Shown here: positions 1 to 17,179 of the stretch, one piece after another
Numbering within the stretch: the stretch's first letter is position 1
Layout: each line of letters opens with the position of its first letter
Assembly (NCBI RefSeq): GCF_009914755.1
Contig: NC_060930.1
Origin: the human T2T-CHM13v2.0 reference genome, Homo sapiens
DNA: 64,000 bases
Reading direction: 5' to 3' (one strand)
Translations under genes and position numbers: made by a program
The notes under the pieces: model-generated
What the model was told of the DNA's origin: nothing
Database searches by the model: none
Seen by the model: the letters and a program-made list of their open reading frames with translations, nothing else

Positions 1-621
1 TGGATTCCTCCAGGACACTTGGAGAATGAATGGAGTCCATAGGGGGAAATTAGTTGTCAAACACTGGGGATGGAGAGGCCAAGGGTGGGACCCAAGTTTG
101 GGATTGCAGAGTCAAGGGTATGTAGCTGGGGAGATGGAATTGAAGCAAAACACTGCAAGCAAGCCCAGTTTCTGGATGGTCGCCTTGTACATGGGGCCAT
201 TCAAGGTTAAGTCATTCATTTACTTAAATATTTTATTTCCTCAATGCTATGTGAGGAAGACTTGAAAAATATAAATTAAATTTGATTTCTTTGCTTTTAT
301 TTACAAAAAAAACCCAATTTTGTTAAAAGAGTGGATGCTTGGAAATTTGTAAGCAATACTGAAAAATGTGGAGAAAGTTTAAACAATCACAAATTCTACA
401 ACCAAGAAATAGGCATTAACACTATGGCAACTTTATTCTAACCATCCTTCTATGCATGTGTACAAACGGAAGCATCTGAACTGCCCTCCGGTATTCACCA
501 TTATTCACATAGAAAGCACACAAGAAAGACAACTGGGTGGATGGATGGAAGGATGGACTTTTGTAAAATGATCTCATTTGAAAAATAACAATTTTAATTT
601 TATTTAATAGAAGAAAAATGA

Positions 622-983
<362 letters not shown>

Positions 984-1015
984 CATTGTTTCTTCTTTTT
1001 AAAAATTAAACAGTA

Positions 1016-1335
<320 letters not shown>

Positions 1336-3444
1336 TTTAAAAAATTCAAAAAGCTTAAAAGAGTTTATTTAAAAAGAAAGAGGTCAAAGTTGTTATTTGT
1401 TTCAACTAAATGCTTTGCTTTTAGACAATATCAATTGATTTATTGCTATGAAAGATGAAGACTTCAGCAGTCATGCTTCTTGTCATCTGCCTCTCAACTT
1501 TGCCATGTTTGCGAGTTGTTTTATTTGTATGCTGTCAAGACTTACTGTATTTATATACCCAGTAAGCTGGGTATTTTCTAGTAGTTTCCTATATGGAAAT
1601 GGATTAATTGCTCACCTCATGTGTTGTTCTGCCACTATTTATCTAGTCCTCAATTTCTAATTTTGATTCATTTTCTAATCAACTGGATTTTGAAATCGAA
1701 TTTATTTTTCTTTGCAAGAAGAGCTTGGTGCGTTATATTCCCTGAGGTCTTTCTTGCTTAAGTATGTTCATTTTTGCTAATGTACAGTAGGCCTGAGAAA
1801 ATGTTCTTTGGTCCTACTTTCTTTACTTTAGAATACTTTCGGTATTTCACCATCGTCTCTGGCATTAAGTACTGCTGTGGAGAAAAGTGTGATGCTAATC
1901 TTTTTTTTTTTGTAGGTGATTTGATTTTCTGTCTAGATATTGGACTAATTTATTTTTATACTTTCAAGTTGAGTAAGCGAACCGGAGATATCTTAGGGCT
2001 GAGCAGTTCGTATCTAATTATTTGATAATCTAATGACCATTTGAGGTTCAGTGATTACTCTCACAATTTTGGCAGTCCTGAGAAATAGTCTTCTAACAAC
2101 TTTGAGAAGCTAGAGAGAATGAATGTGCCTGGAGAAGAATGACAAATGGTCCCTCCAATTCTGACTTTGTCTTCTAGGTCCAATATCTTTGGTTTTGTGT
2201 CTTTGTCATATTCAAGCAAGTCCTGTAACTCCTCTTGGGTAGCTTGAAGTGATTCCATGCACTCAACAGTCTCTAAAAAGATGGTGATGCAAAGAAGTTA
2301 CAGGAGTAGGAATTTTTTTTTCTTTTTCTTTTTTACTATAGAGGATAATGCTTTTGGTGGAGATTTGTAATGAGTTCTGCACTTAGCAAGTGTGGTAGAC
2401 CAGGTGTATTATTGGGAAGATGAGGTGTTTGTTTGTTTGTTTTGTATTTCTTCTGCCTGGTCTATTATTTACTGTAGTTAGATAAATGGATTTAAATGTC
2501 TGAATAAAATATTTTTAGAGTGGGTAGATGAAGTGGCTTGTAATGTATGGAAGTAAAATATTTCTATGATGAATAAAGAAGCATTGGACTTCCCATACAG
2601 AGATTATGCATGTCATTTTGCTGAGGGCATCTACTTCCACCAGAATGATATTGTATCTTCAGAAGGAAAAGGGGAGAAGCCAGTGATAAAATACAGGGTG
2701 TTATTATCTCAGAGGTGCTTGGAGCTCAAGAGGGCTTGAAGTAATTATTTCCCAGATGTATGTTGCCTGTGTGCATGTGATATAGGAGTTTGCATTTTGG
2801 ATGTTAACATGAAAAGGCAGAGTCACCAGAAATTCCCAAGGGCCATTTCAAATATTTTTAGTGGACCACAACTGCCCAGTATGGAAGAAACACAGCATTT
2901 GTGTGTGTGCATCTGATGCCAAGAAATAGATCTGGCAGGGTTGGTTAGGTAGCCTCCTTCCACTGGTGGCCACCATAAGGCAGCCCTGAATACTGCCCAG
3001 GTGCTGTGCATATAGGTATTAATTGGCTTCCCTGGGATTACCTTCCCTAAATCTGACTGAAGCTGAAAGATCCCAAAGTTTTGGCACTGGAATATCACTT
3101 GTGATGGGCTCATATTGTGGCTTATAGAGCAGGGTGTCTGTGTGATTGCTTGAGTTCCTGTCTCTCATTAGTGACAACAGAGCCCACCTCCTCTGATGTG
3201 AACAGTTTTCAAGTTTGCCTGTACTACTCACAGCCTTCGAGTGTGCACCTATCCCAGCGTGCTGAGCCTCTTTAATTAGGTGTATAGCCAAGATACCTTT
3301 AATTGCCGATAGTTCTTTTTCCCTCACTGGGAAGTTAGCCTTGGCTGGAATAAGCAGTCCTGGTGAAGAGAAACAGGTCAGCTGCCTTGAAATCCTCTTT
3401 GGGCTCAGCTGGTATTCACTAAGATATTAGAAAGTTAATTTAGA

Positions 3445-3830
3445 TCAGAGATGTCAAGCTATATGCCTATGGTCTGAAATCAGCCCCCAGGCTCATTTTC
3501 TTTGACAAAGAGAGTGTTTGCCTGCAGGCAAAGACTGCATAGTCTTTTAGAAGACTTTTTTTCCAAGTAGTTGCTGATTTTTAAAAGTTAGAAAATGTCC
3601 CATAAAAATCCAGATTTCCACCTTTTCTTGTAAAGTGAAATATATGACCATCACACTGAGTGCACATTTCCAATGGCAACAGCAGATCCAGAGCTGCTGA
3701 GGAGAGCCGAGGAGCAGGTCCCCTCTTGACCCAGGCCTGTGCTCTCCAGCTTGCCAGCATCCCCTCCAGTTGTTCTTATCCTTCTGACTCAGAGGGCAGA
3801 TGTCAGGTCCCATTTCTTATCACACCTGAA
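3445..3830. mobile_element. hAT-Charlie non-autonomous element, MER102-like
   Basis: Resembles recalled MER102 consensus (CATAAAAATCCAGATTTCC...TGGCAACA...GCTCTCCAG); heavily diverged. Confidence 0.5.
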
Positions 3831-4234
3831 CTTTTTGTTTTTCTTATGATAGAGTGAGGAGGAATGTGACATATTTTCTACTGTCTACCTCTACCATAAG
3901 CAGAAATATGCAAGCCACATGGAGGGCCACTCACTTCTTTTTCATGGCCTGCTTTATTCATTGGTATTACCCGCTGGGAACCTGTGAGCAACTGAGTTTA
4001 TGACTGTTGCTATAGATAATAGAAGGGCAAGGTGAGTCAGGTAGACCAAGATAAGGATGCAGGAAAGCATGACAGTTTATGGAAAAGGGCAGCTCCTTCT
4101 ATGTGATAAGTGCTTACCTTTGTTGTGCAGATTTATTGCTTGGGAATGGAGATGGGACTATTGGAGGGAGAAAAGTCAATGGTAATCAGGGATTCTTGGA
4201 TGTCCTTAATCGGTTGCAGTCACATATAGTTTCC

Positions 4235-5445
<1,211 letters not shown>

Positions 5446-5505
5446 CAACCATTTGTCTATGCGTATATTAACTTTCTTCATATCTATGCTACATCCATAT
5501 TATTT

Positions 5506-5545
5506 ATGTGTATATATGTGTGTGTGTGTGTATATATATATATAA
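5506..5545. repeat. Compound (TG)n(TA)n microsatellite
   Basis: Directly visible, abutting an Alu tail. Confidence 0.85.
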
Positions 5546-5932
<387 letters not shown>

Positions 5933-7296
5933 TGACCCATATCAAGACATATAGAGATTCCTTATTCTTTTTATGGTTACATAAATCTCTTTGCAAGAAA
6001 TTATGTAATTATTTATCTCTTTGCAAGAATTTATGTAATTTTTATGCCAATGTCATGCTGATGATTTGTTAAAATTATTTTGTTTATACAGACACTGCCA
6101 CATTGAATAACTTTGTATCCATATCATGTCAAATGTGTGGTAAGATCTGTAGGACAAAAGTAGAAATGCTAGTCAAAGATTAAATGCATTTGTAATTTCG
6201 ATATATGTTGTACAATGTATAAGCTTATACTTTTTTTAAGAAAGTAAGGTATGTATTACAGCCCTATACAAATAGGCTACATCAGTGTCATAATCTGTGT
6301 TCACTTGAATACAGCAGAGTTGAGTGCTGAGTGTGTATACACATACGCAGTTTACATGCTTAGAATCAAAAGTTAATGTTAACTGATTAAAACTTGAAAA
6401 TATTGAAATGAAAATTAAGCTGGAAAGTCCATTGTAATAGATAAAATGTGTTGTTGATTATTCTATATCAGTGTGATTTGGGAGAAGTCATAAGTTTTTG
6501 GTATTTGTCTGGTACATGGTTGAAACAATTTGACAACTTTTGTTGGAAGGCCTGAAGCAGCTGGCACTAACTGCACTAATGAACAGGAGGTCCCAGCATT
6601 TTCAAATCCCGAGTTCACAGTGACCATCATTACAGAGGCAAGACTTCAGAGCCAGTGGAGATGGATTCCAGGCAAAGACTGTTAAGGAAAAGCAAAACAG
6701 ATTCTTGCGTTCTTGCTTAGACGCTGCAGGGAAGTGCTTGTAAGCTCATAAATATGGGATCATTAAGCATCTTTGTGTGCAGGGATGAATTTTTAAAAGA
6801 ATGTTAACATTTTCAAACAATTTTTAAAATGATAGTCCTCAATTCCCCTCTTCCTGCTCCCAGCGAAACCTCACAAGTTTTTTTGGTATTTGTCAATCTT
6901 TTGGCTCATTGCAGAGTATCCCATAGCTCCTATTCTATCTTCACATATCAACGTACGTGCCATCTCCTCCGGAGTACCTCACTTGGTTCCTGATATGCAA
7001 CAACCTTTTTTTGCTTCATGTTCCCATAGGACTCTGTAACTTATCTACTATAGGTTATATAATGATGTCTTATAACTGTCTGTTTATTGACAATATTTCC
7101 ACTACATTTTACATCCTAAAGAGAATGATGCTATGTGTCTTATTTAATGCTTTATTCTCAGAACCTACTTTAGTGCCTGACATATAGTAGGTACTCAATA
7201 AATATTTGCTGAATTAATAAAAAATAGGAGGACAATTTTGGCTAGCATGTGGGCTCTAAGAATCTCAATAATTTTAATTTAAAAATCCCAAATCTT

Positions 7297-7643
<347 letters not shown>

Positions 7644-7900
7644 TTATTGTTTCATATACAATTTCTAGTAATACTAGTACACATAGTATTTCTGGTGTAG
7701 ATATACTATGGTTTGATAAAGTGTACAATGTTATTTTCTCCTCTGTTTTCTCTACCTTCTCCCATGACCCTGATGTTATTTGCCTTATTGGCCATCAATG
7801 GCACCTTTGGCCTAACAGAAATAATGAATTCTCCAAGAAGCAATAGGATTAATCACATAAGAAAAGTAGTGATCAGTAAACTGGTTTATACACGCTGTAG

Positions 7901-8188
<288 letters not shown>

Positions 8189-8296
8189 TAGGCCAACCAA
8201 AGAAAATGGAATTTGAAGGTGTGGGTAATTTATCACCATCTCTTATTTATAAAAAAGCTTATGTGTTAGCTCATAATGAGCAGGAAAAAGTGAAAG

Positions 8297-8816
8297 CAGC
8301 AGTCGCCCAACATTTTTGGTACCAGGGACCAGTCTTGCGGAAGACAGTTTTCTACAGACTGTGGGGCAGGAGGGCAGTGGGGGAGGGTTTTGGGATGGTC
8401 CAAGTGCATTACATTTACTGTGCACTTCATGTCTATTATCATTACACTGTAATATGTAATGAAATAATTATACAACTCACCATAATGTAGAATCAGGGGT
8501 GCTCTGAGCTTGTTTTCCTGCAACTAGATGGTCCCATCTGGGGGTGATGGGAGACAGTGACAGATCATCAGGCATTAGATTCTCATAAGAAGCATACAAC
8601 CTAGAACCCTCACATGTGCAGTTCACAATAGGGTCCATGCTTTTATGAGAATCCAGTGCCACTGCTGATCTGACAGGAGAGGGATCTCAGGCAGTAATAT
8701 GAACAATGGCGGTGGCTGTAAATGCAGATGAGCTTTGCTGGCTCACTCGCCTGCTGCTCACCTCCTGCTGGGCACCGGTTCCTAACAGGCTACATACTGG
8801 GGGTTGGGGACCCCAA
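8297..8816 (+). mobile_element. MER1A-like hAT-Charlie non-autonomous transposon
   Basis: ~520 bp; terminal inverted repeats CAGCAGTCGCCCAAC / GGTTGGGGACCCC; internal GGCATTAGATTCTCATAAG typical of MER1. Confidence 0.85.
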
Positions 8817-9084
8817 CACTAAAAATTAGAGCATCAGGAAACTTCTTCTGTGTTCCCTGGCAACTCCTCACTTTTCTGTAAAGCAGAATCCTATTCACTT
8901 CCTTTGAGAAGACTTCGTCTCTCACCCTCTCATTTTGGTAAGATTTTATTATAGCCTCTTCTGCGAACTCCTTTACTCTTTTACCATTTATGATCCTCCC
9001 TTTGGGATTGATCTTGTGTCTTCTAGAAAATGCACTTATTCAGGGACAACCTTGGGTTTTCTCACGCCATCCAGGAGGGCTCCA

Positions 9085-9256
9085 AACCTCTGAGGAGACC
9101 TGGCTGACACCTAGATTGCAACTTTGTGAGGCCCTGAGCAGAGGGCCCAGCTTAGCTATGCCCAGAGCCCGGACCCGTAGAAGCTGTAAGATCATAAATG
9201 TGCATTAAGTAGCTACCTTTGTGGTAATTTGCTGCATAGTGATAGAAAACTATATA
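9085..9256 (+). mobile_element. MaLR (MLT1) LTR 3' fragment
   Basis: CCCTGAGCAGAG...ATAAATGTG...GTGGTAATTTG...ATAGAAAACTA is the typical MLT1 LTR end. Confidence 0.7.
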
Positions 9257-10479
9257 CTGCCTTATTGGGAAGATGTATAGTTTATAAGAAACTGATTCTA
9301 GCTAATGTTAGATAGAGAAAAAAAAAGCAGAATTTGTTGGAACAAAATTAGACATGTCACGGAATTGAAGGAAAAGCTAAACCATCAGGCCTTAGGGATA
9401 ATAGGCACAAGGGTGACCGTGAGGGTATCACTGAGGAATTTTGAGGAGTGAGCTTTGAAATAATCTGCCTACATCCACCCTTGTTCCTTATCCCACGGAT
9501 AAGATTTTTCCTGACAGACTCTAACTGGCCTCATTCTCATCACCTGCCCATTCCTTGATGTCGGGAAGCTTGAGAATGGACAGACCCCAAGACCATGTGG
9601 AAGGAGAAAGGAAGTCTCCTAAAGGGAAAGTGTGATGTTCTTAAGGAAAACAAAGGAGAGGGATTTGAGACAGGCCCACACAAAAGAAAGCCACTTTGCT
9701 ACTGCATAGGGTTGTCAAGAAAAAACATGAGATAATGCATATAAAATGCTTCGCATGGTTCTTGGCACACAGTAGTCACTCAGTACAGTTTAACTATAAT
9801 TATTAAGCATCAGGGGCCTATGCCTCATCTAGAAAGCAAAAGAAAGAACTCTGTTCTTGAAAATGAAAAGAAAAATCCCAATTTGATAAGAGGGGAAAAA
9901 TCCCTGACACTCAAAAGGACAGGCTTAAATGTCTGTTGCTACCTAGATGATTTATAATCAAAGGGTTATCAGAGGTTAGGAAGGTATAGATTTCAAAGTG
10001 CTATTTGTGCTGATTATTGCTATGTACTCAAAGTCAAACAAGCTATGAGATATAATCCTCCAAATTCCAGTGGGCCACAGACAGAAGCCAACTATTGGTG
10101 GCTGTTTCTCTTCACACAAAACTCTTAATGGTTGGCTCACAGCTCTGATTGTAAGTGGGCTGGATGGTACCTAAGCCCACCCATCCATCCATACTTAAAT
10201 CATGGCTTTAAATTTGAAATTTTGGAAAATTAATTCAGATATGAGATGATAGTCATGTTTACTGAGGATCATGAACAGAATCCACAATATGTTTGTGTAC
10301 TTGGTATTGAGTGATGTAGTTGTGTTGTTGAAGTGAGGCTTTCCTTTGATCTTTTTGTTGACGAATGCCATTCACTGGTCAGTACAACCATTCTGAGGAA
10401 GAACTGTCTATCAGGTGGTGTCATTTTGGGCCCAGAACATCACTGACGGCTGGAGTTCACTTCCATTCCATTCTGTTCT

Positions 10480-10740
10480 ACTCCATAAGTATTTATTGAG
10501 CTCCCATTATGTGCAATGAACTGTATTAAGTGCTTTGATAGATTAAAAAATGAATAGATAAGACAGAGCTCCTGACCTTAGGGTATTTTATTATCTCAAA
10601 AGAGAGACAAACGTTTACAAGGACCAGACACAATACAGAGCAGGATGTGACAAGTGCTAAAATAGATATAGAGACAGAAGAAAGCTTTAAATTTCAAGTG
10701 CGCATACCTGAAGTTTTCATATAAAGGGTGAATTTGAGCC
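10480..10740 (-). mobile_element. L2 3' fragment
   Basis: AAGTATTTATTGAGC...TATGTGC antisense L2 tail. Confidence 0.65.
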
Positions 10741-10844
10741 CTTTTAAATCATATGCCCACTAGAACAGGCAGCATTTTATCTGTTTTTGTATTCCTAATT
10801 CCCAGCACAGTTCCTGGTACTTAATAGATGCCACTAAAGATGAA

Positions 10845-11360
10845 TTTTTAAATTGCTTGAGGTGTGGAAAAATAGACATAAAATTTGCCATTTTAACCAT
10901 TTTTAAGTGTACAGTTCAGTGGCAGTAAGTACATTCACATTGTTATGCAAACATCATCACCATCTATCTATGGAACTTTTTAAATCTTTCAAAACTGAAA
11001 GTCCAGGACCTATTAAACAATAACTCTTCATTCCTCTCTGCTTCCAGCCCCTGGCAAACACCATTGTACTTTCTGTCTTTATGAATTTGACTACTCTTGT
11101 TATCTCATATAAGTGGAATCATACAATATTTGTCCTTTCCTGATTGGCCCATTTCACTGAAATGTCGCCAAGGTCCATCCACGTTATAGCATGTGTCAGA
11201 GTTTCCTTCCTTTTTAAGGGTGAATAATAAAGTTTTCACTGGATATATATAACTGCATTTTGTTTATCCATTCATCCATCAGTGGACATCTGGATTGTTC
11301 CCATTTTTGGCTATTGTGAAGAATGCTGCTATGAACATGAATGTACAAATATCTTTTCAA
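10845..11360 (-). mobile_element. L1M (L1MB-like) 3' end
   Basis: CCATTTTAAGTGTACAGTTCAGTGGC...ATAAGTGGAATCATACAATATTTGTCC antisense L1 3'UTR. Confidence 0.85.
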
Positions 11361-11745
11361 ATGAGCTAGAAATTGGGATAGATCAAGAGTGGTCAGAAAG
11401 AGGGCATTCCAAGTTCAGGAAATAACATGAACAAAAGGAAAGAAGAATGACAATGCACTAGGCTTGCCTGGTGTGGCTTACTCATGGGTTGGGGCTGCAC
11501 ATGGAAAGGTTGATCTGTTCCAGAAGTTGCAGGGCACTAAGTACCATACCAAGGAGAAAAAGTTTTTCTGAAGTTATTAGGAACCATTTAAAAGGGGTTG
11601 GAGCAGGTAAGCAACATTACCAACACTATACTTGAGGAATACAATTGTAATGGCGAAGATGTAGTTAGAAATATACGGTAATAATCTTGGCAGGAGACAA
11701 ACTAGGGCAGTGGCAGAGGAAATAGTACCAGGAGGGAGTAGAGTT

Positions 11746-12080
<335 letters not shown>

Positions 12081-12219
12081 TAATGGAACTGTTAATAGGA
12101 TCTGTTGACCAACTGGATGTGGGCGGCAGGAAGAGGAAGTTGTTGTTAAATCAGTGCCTGAGAGCATGGTGACATTACAAACTGAGATGAAGAATGCAGA
12201 GGAAAAAGAAGCAGGCAAA

Positions 12220-12420
12220 AACAATAGCTACCATTTATTGAGCTCTTATGTGTTAGGTACCTCACATGCATTATCTCACTTAATCTTGATAATGACCTTG
12301 TGAAGGACGGATTATTGTACATGGAAGGATACTCTGTTTATGTAGAATAAGTTACTGTCTAATATCTAGTAAAGGGGTGGAACTAGGATTCCAACCCAGA
12401 CCTAATGGCAAAGTTCAAAC
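12220..12420 (-). mobile_element. MIR
   Basis: ATAGCTACCATTTATTGAGC...CATGCATTATCTCACTTAATC MIR signature. Confidence 0.7.
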
Positions 12421-13255
12421 TTTAAAAAACAAAAAACACCATACTATTCCATTGTCTTCAAACACATGGAATATCCATGTGGACTCATCTCTCAATAACT
12501 CGGCAATGTAAATTTCAGTTAAATGCTCATGAATAAAAATATAGTCCATCTCTACACAAAGATGACTTCAAGCGATGCTGAGGAAGAACATAAATAAGCT
12601 GACTGAGGAGAGACTGTAATGACAGAAGACCGGAACTTAATTCCGGAAGCACAAGTATCTATCGTGTGAGAAGACAAAGTGGGACTGGGTTTGAGGAATA
12701 AGAGAACAGCCAGAACAATGAATTGACAAAGACGCTGCATGAGAAGGCCATTTCAAAGAAGTGATCAGTCAACACTGTCAAGTGCTTCTAAAATCTTAAA
12801 TAGGAAATAGACTGTGGCCACTAGATTTGACACTTAGGAAGTCATTGGACACTTTACAGAGAAGAAAGTACATATAGCAGTGTCTGTGGATTGAGGAATG
12901 TATAGGAAGTAAGGAAACAAAGAAAGTGAGCGTAAACTTCTTGTTTATGAAGTTTGGCGGCAAAAGAAAGGTGAGATTATGGTACAGTATTTGAAGTGAT
13001 GTAGATTTGAGGAAAGGTTTTCTTTTTGAGGACCTGGAAGATAGGAGCATAATTTTTTGGCTGTGAGGAAAAAGCTAGTGGAGAATAGTCAACTGAAAAT
13101 TTTGGGAGAATAATGGAAATTCATGGAGGACTAGAGATAGGCTGTGATCAAGAGCACATTTCAAGGGATAGTGAGGGGCAGGGAGAAATAGGAATATTCT
13201 TTCCCCAGGAATAGGAGAGAAAGAGACTTTGCAAGTTGAAAGGAAGAGCTGACAG

Positions 13256-13527
13256 TTTTTGGTGTTTTTTTGTTTTGTTTTTGTTTTTTGCTTTATAGAG
13301 AGGGTCTCGCTCTGTTGGCCAGGCTGGAGAGCAGTGGTGAAATTACAGTTCACTGTAACTAGGAACTCCTGGGCTCAAGCGATCCTCCTGCCTCAGCCTC
13401 CTGAGTAGCTAGGATTGCAGGTGTGCACCACCATGCTCAGCTAATTTTATTTTTTTTTTAAGATGGGGTCTCACTATGTTGCCCAGACTGGTCTTGAACT
13501 CACGGCCTCAAGCCACCACACCTGGCT
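13256..13527 (-). mobile_element. Alu (AluJ-like), internally deleted
   Basis: Antisense Alu with shortened left arm. Confidence 0.85.
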
Positions 13528-14719
13528 TGAAGTAGTTTACATTGGGATAGAGAGGCAACACTGTGAGGCTGTGGGAAGCTCTGGTGTCAAGATTGGTAAA
13601 CAGCTGGTTGGGCTAAGGAAGAGGGAGTCAGATAGGGTCAAATGAGTAGATTATCTAGCTTTACTGAGGGCTCCTTTGAGTTAGGATGGTTTTACTCTAC
13701 CATGAAGGCAACCCATTCAAAGAGTGACTGAAACTCAGTATCTTTCACACTAACACATTTTCCAACTTTCCTGAAACTCCACAGAGATGCCTGATTGAGT
13801 TTGGGTATTTCACAAACCTCCTTAACCTTATTTATAGACCCTTAAGGTAGATAACTCTTGGCTGATTTTATTGATGGTATGCTGATTTTTACCAGTTTTA
13901 TTTTTCACTGTCAACAAATTCTAAGGGCATACGTGCGGAAACCCTCAACATACTGACACTAGGAGAGAACTACTTGAAGAGACTGCCATAGAAAAGTATG
14001 GGGAAATTACTGAGACATGGTGAAATGTTTCAATGTTGAATTTCAAAATTTCATTCGTTAAAGACTTCAAACCCATTGAGAAACCTCTGTTTAAAAACCT
14101 TTCTATTGATTCTGGTTTCTGAAATAGAACCAAGTGCAAGGCATAGCTAGTATAATTTAAAGTAACAGATTGTCTTCTTCTCTTACATTGACATTCCATT
14201 CGGCATTCTACGTGAACAAAGTAATGTTCCAGATTTTTTTAATATATAGTTACATTTACTGTATTTATGTGATAAATTCAATTCTAGATATAGGTATTAG
14301 CAATTGGAACCATGCTTCAGTTATCTCCCTTATGAAAGATAACATAGGAATGTTATAACAAATATTTAGTTAAAAAACTGAAAAGGGCTTTGAAAATGTA
14401 AAAGTGTAATATAAATGCTAAATAAAGATAATATATTCTGAACAGCAGGCTCCTTTGAAATAGGGCCTATGAATTCCATTAACACTCTCTGTTTACATGC
14501 TTTTAGGAACTTTTAGGAGGGTGTTGCCCATGAACATAACTCCGATACAATACCTACGGTCTAGTAACTAGCCAGGAAAGACACAAGTCCAAGAGCAGCG
14601 TAATAATTCACATAAGAATACTTCTTTAAGTCATTTAGTAAATGTTTTTTGCATGCTTCCATGTGCAGGTACAGTTCTGGGTGCTAGGAGTACACAGGGA
14701 ACAAAACAGAAAAAAGCCT

Positions 14720-15575
14720 GGCCAGGGATCTGAATAGACTTTTTCAAAGGAAGATATGCAAATAGTCAATAGGTACATGAAAAAGTACTCAACATCACTA
14801 ATCATTAGAGAAATGCAAATTAAAGCCACAATGAGATATCACTGAACAGCTGTCAGAATGGCTATTCTTTTAAAAAAAATAAAGATACCAAGTGTTGGCA
14901 CTGATGTAAAGGAATGGGGACCCTTGTACACTGTGAGTGGGAATGTACACTGATATAGCCATTATGGAAAATAATATGGAGTTTCTAAAATAACTACAAA
15001 TAAAAATACCATACGACCCAGCAATACTACTTCTGAGTATATATCCAAAGGATTTGAAATCAGCCTGTCGAAGAGATATCTGCACTCCCATGTTTATTGT
15101 GGCATCATTCACAATAGCCAAGATAGGGAAGCAGCCTAAGTGTCTACCAACCAGTGAATGCGTAAAGAAAATGTGGCATATACACATGATGGAAAACTAT
15201 TCGGCCTTTAAAAAGAGGGAAATTATGCCATTTGTGACCATACGGGTGAACCCAGAGAACATTATGCTAAGTGAGATAAGCTAGACACAGAAAGAGAAAT
15301 ACCAAATATTCTTACTTACATGTGGAAGCTGCAAAAAATTGAACTCATAAAAGGAGAGTGTAGAATGGTGGTTACCAGCGGCCAGGGAGTGGCCAGGAAT
15401 CGGTTCAAGGGGTACAAAGTTCCCTTTAGACAGAAGGAATACATGATAATTATTTGAGATGATGGACATGTTAATTAGCTTGATTCAATCATTCTACATT
15501 ATATACATACAGCATCACTTTATACCCCATAAATATATACAATTATAATTTGTCAATATTCAATAAAAATAAAAC
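14720..15575 (+). mobile_element. L1MA 3' fragment (ORF2 C-terminus plus 3'UTR)
   Basis: ORF 15054-15284 ([15 protein letters not shown]...KKMWHIH) is the L1 ORF2 C-terminus; ends in AATAAA and A-rich tail. Confidence 0.9.
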
Positions 15576-15599
15576 AGGAAAAAGTTCCTTTTAAGAAGT

Positions 15600-15800
15600 T
15601 AACATTTATTGCTTGCTAACCAAGTGCCAAGGATTTTTCTTGGATGCGTCCATCAAATCCTCATAACAACCCCACGAACTAGGTAGTGTCAGTATCCCCA
15701 TTTTACAGATATAGAAACTGAGGCAAGAGAGGATCAATAACTTGTCCAAGATCACACATTAGCAAGTAGTGGAGTTGGGATTTGAACCTTGAAATTCGGC
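15600..15800 (-). mobile_element. MIR
   Basis: CCCCATTTTACAGAT...AAACTGAGGC core. Confidence 0.8.
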
Positions 15801-16189
15801 CTGAATGTTCCACTAATGAGAAAAAATGACGGGTACTGGATTGACTAAATTGACTGTCTAACTTGGTCCTCTTTAATTTTGTAAGGCCAAAGAGAATGAG
15901 TCATACACATTGCTTGGCGTCTTTGGTTTTTCTATTTGATTCAAAAAATGCCTCAATTTTCCATAAGTGATGAGGAGCTATTGTTGGGATGCCAGTGAAG
16001 ATAGGGATCCTGCTCTACAAGTAGCCCTTCTGGTAACCACAGAGTGATCGGGCCTTACAAAACTGGAATGACATTTGGGAATAAGAAGACATGCAGAGTC
16101 CACTGCAGTTCTGGCACCTTTATCTTTTGGGCCTCCAGCCACCTATCTCTGTTTTTCTCTAACTTATGGTTTCTACTTATGCATAGTTT

Positions 16190-16500
16190 CTACTGTCTAA
16201 TCGCTAATCTTCCCATGCTTTTTCTCTCTGAGTTGTTTATTAATTGTTTTTGTAATGGCTATCAACTAACTTTTAACCCCAGTGTCCCCAGTGTCTTCAG
16301 TTAATGTGGCCAAGTGTGAGAATATGATTGGCTATTCATATGGGGAAGCACATTCCCTGCTGACTCACAGGCCACCCCTGCTATTCTACTCAGCCCTTAG
16401 ATTACATGCCCAATCCTGGACCAATCAGCTGTGGCCAGGAGATCAGGTCAAATGGAAAGAACATTCTAGAACCAGGATCTCAGTGTACTGGCGGCTGTTG
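16190..16500. mobile_element. Old MaLR (MLT1-like) LTR fragment
   Basis: ACATGCCCAATCCTGGACCAATCAGCTGTGGCCAGG resembles an MLT1 internal LTR motif. Confidence 0.45.
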
Positions 16501-17179
16501 TCACAGGCATGTTCTGAAGTCTGGCTTGTTCCTTCCAATATTGTTTGTTATATGGCTTCTGAATTTAGGTTCTAAGTGAGTGTGTTATGAAGAATTATCA
16601 ACCGTCTTTTTAATTTAGAAGTCAGTTGACAATCCCATATTATTCTATTCTTTTGAATATGTCTGCAATATTTCTATCTTAACTTCTTCATATCTAAATG
16701 AAATGATAATATATATTCACATCACATCTTTATATATTTAATTTCCTTATGATGTTTAGAATGTGATACATATTATAATCCTTTCCTCACCTGATGAGTA
16801 CTATACCCCCTTTTTTCCCCCTCAGCATTTCAATTACATTTCACTATCATAAGCTTTGTGCTGAGTGTTGGATACAGATGTATCACAAGCAAGAGATTGG
16901 TATTCAAATGAAAAGAACTATAAGAACATTTCAGTGTTATCTAGAACATTAACAGGAAGACCAGACTCAGCTCTTACAAATATCAATGATAAGAATTTTG
17001 GCCAAATCAATGTTAACATCATTTTTACAGTTGGAAAAACACAGAGCACACAATTATATAGGCTAAAAAAAATCAATAACTTGACTCATATGTAACAGTA
17101 AGATAATACATTAAAAGGATGATTTCAAGAATTGTTCTTTTAGAAAATTTCTATAGAAAGGTTCAATTTTACCTTAAGA

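Noticed and set aside
5985-6040. 30-bp tandem duplication (also 11-13 bp doublets near 27831, 39962, 51021)
   Set aside because: Ordinary slippage duplications; two copies only and no spacers, so not CRISPR-like or functional arrays.
14870-15469. ORFs with L1-like peptides (also 40988-41633, 62393-62823)
   Set aside because: Fragments of decayed L1 ORF2 or their antisense frames, not genes.
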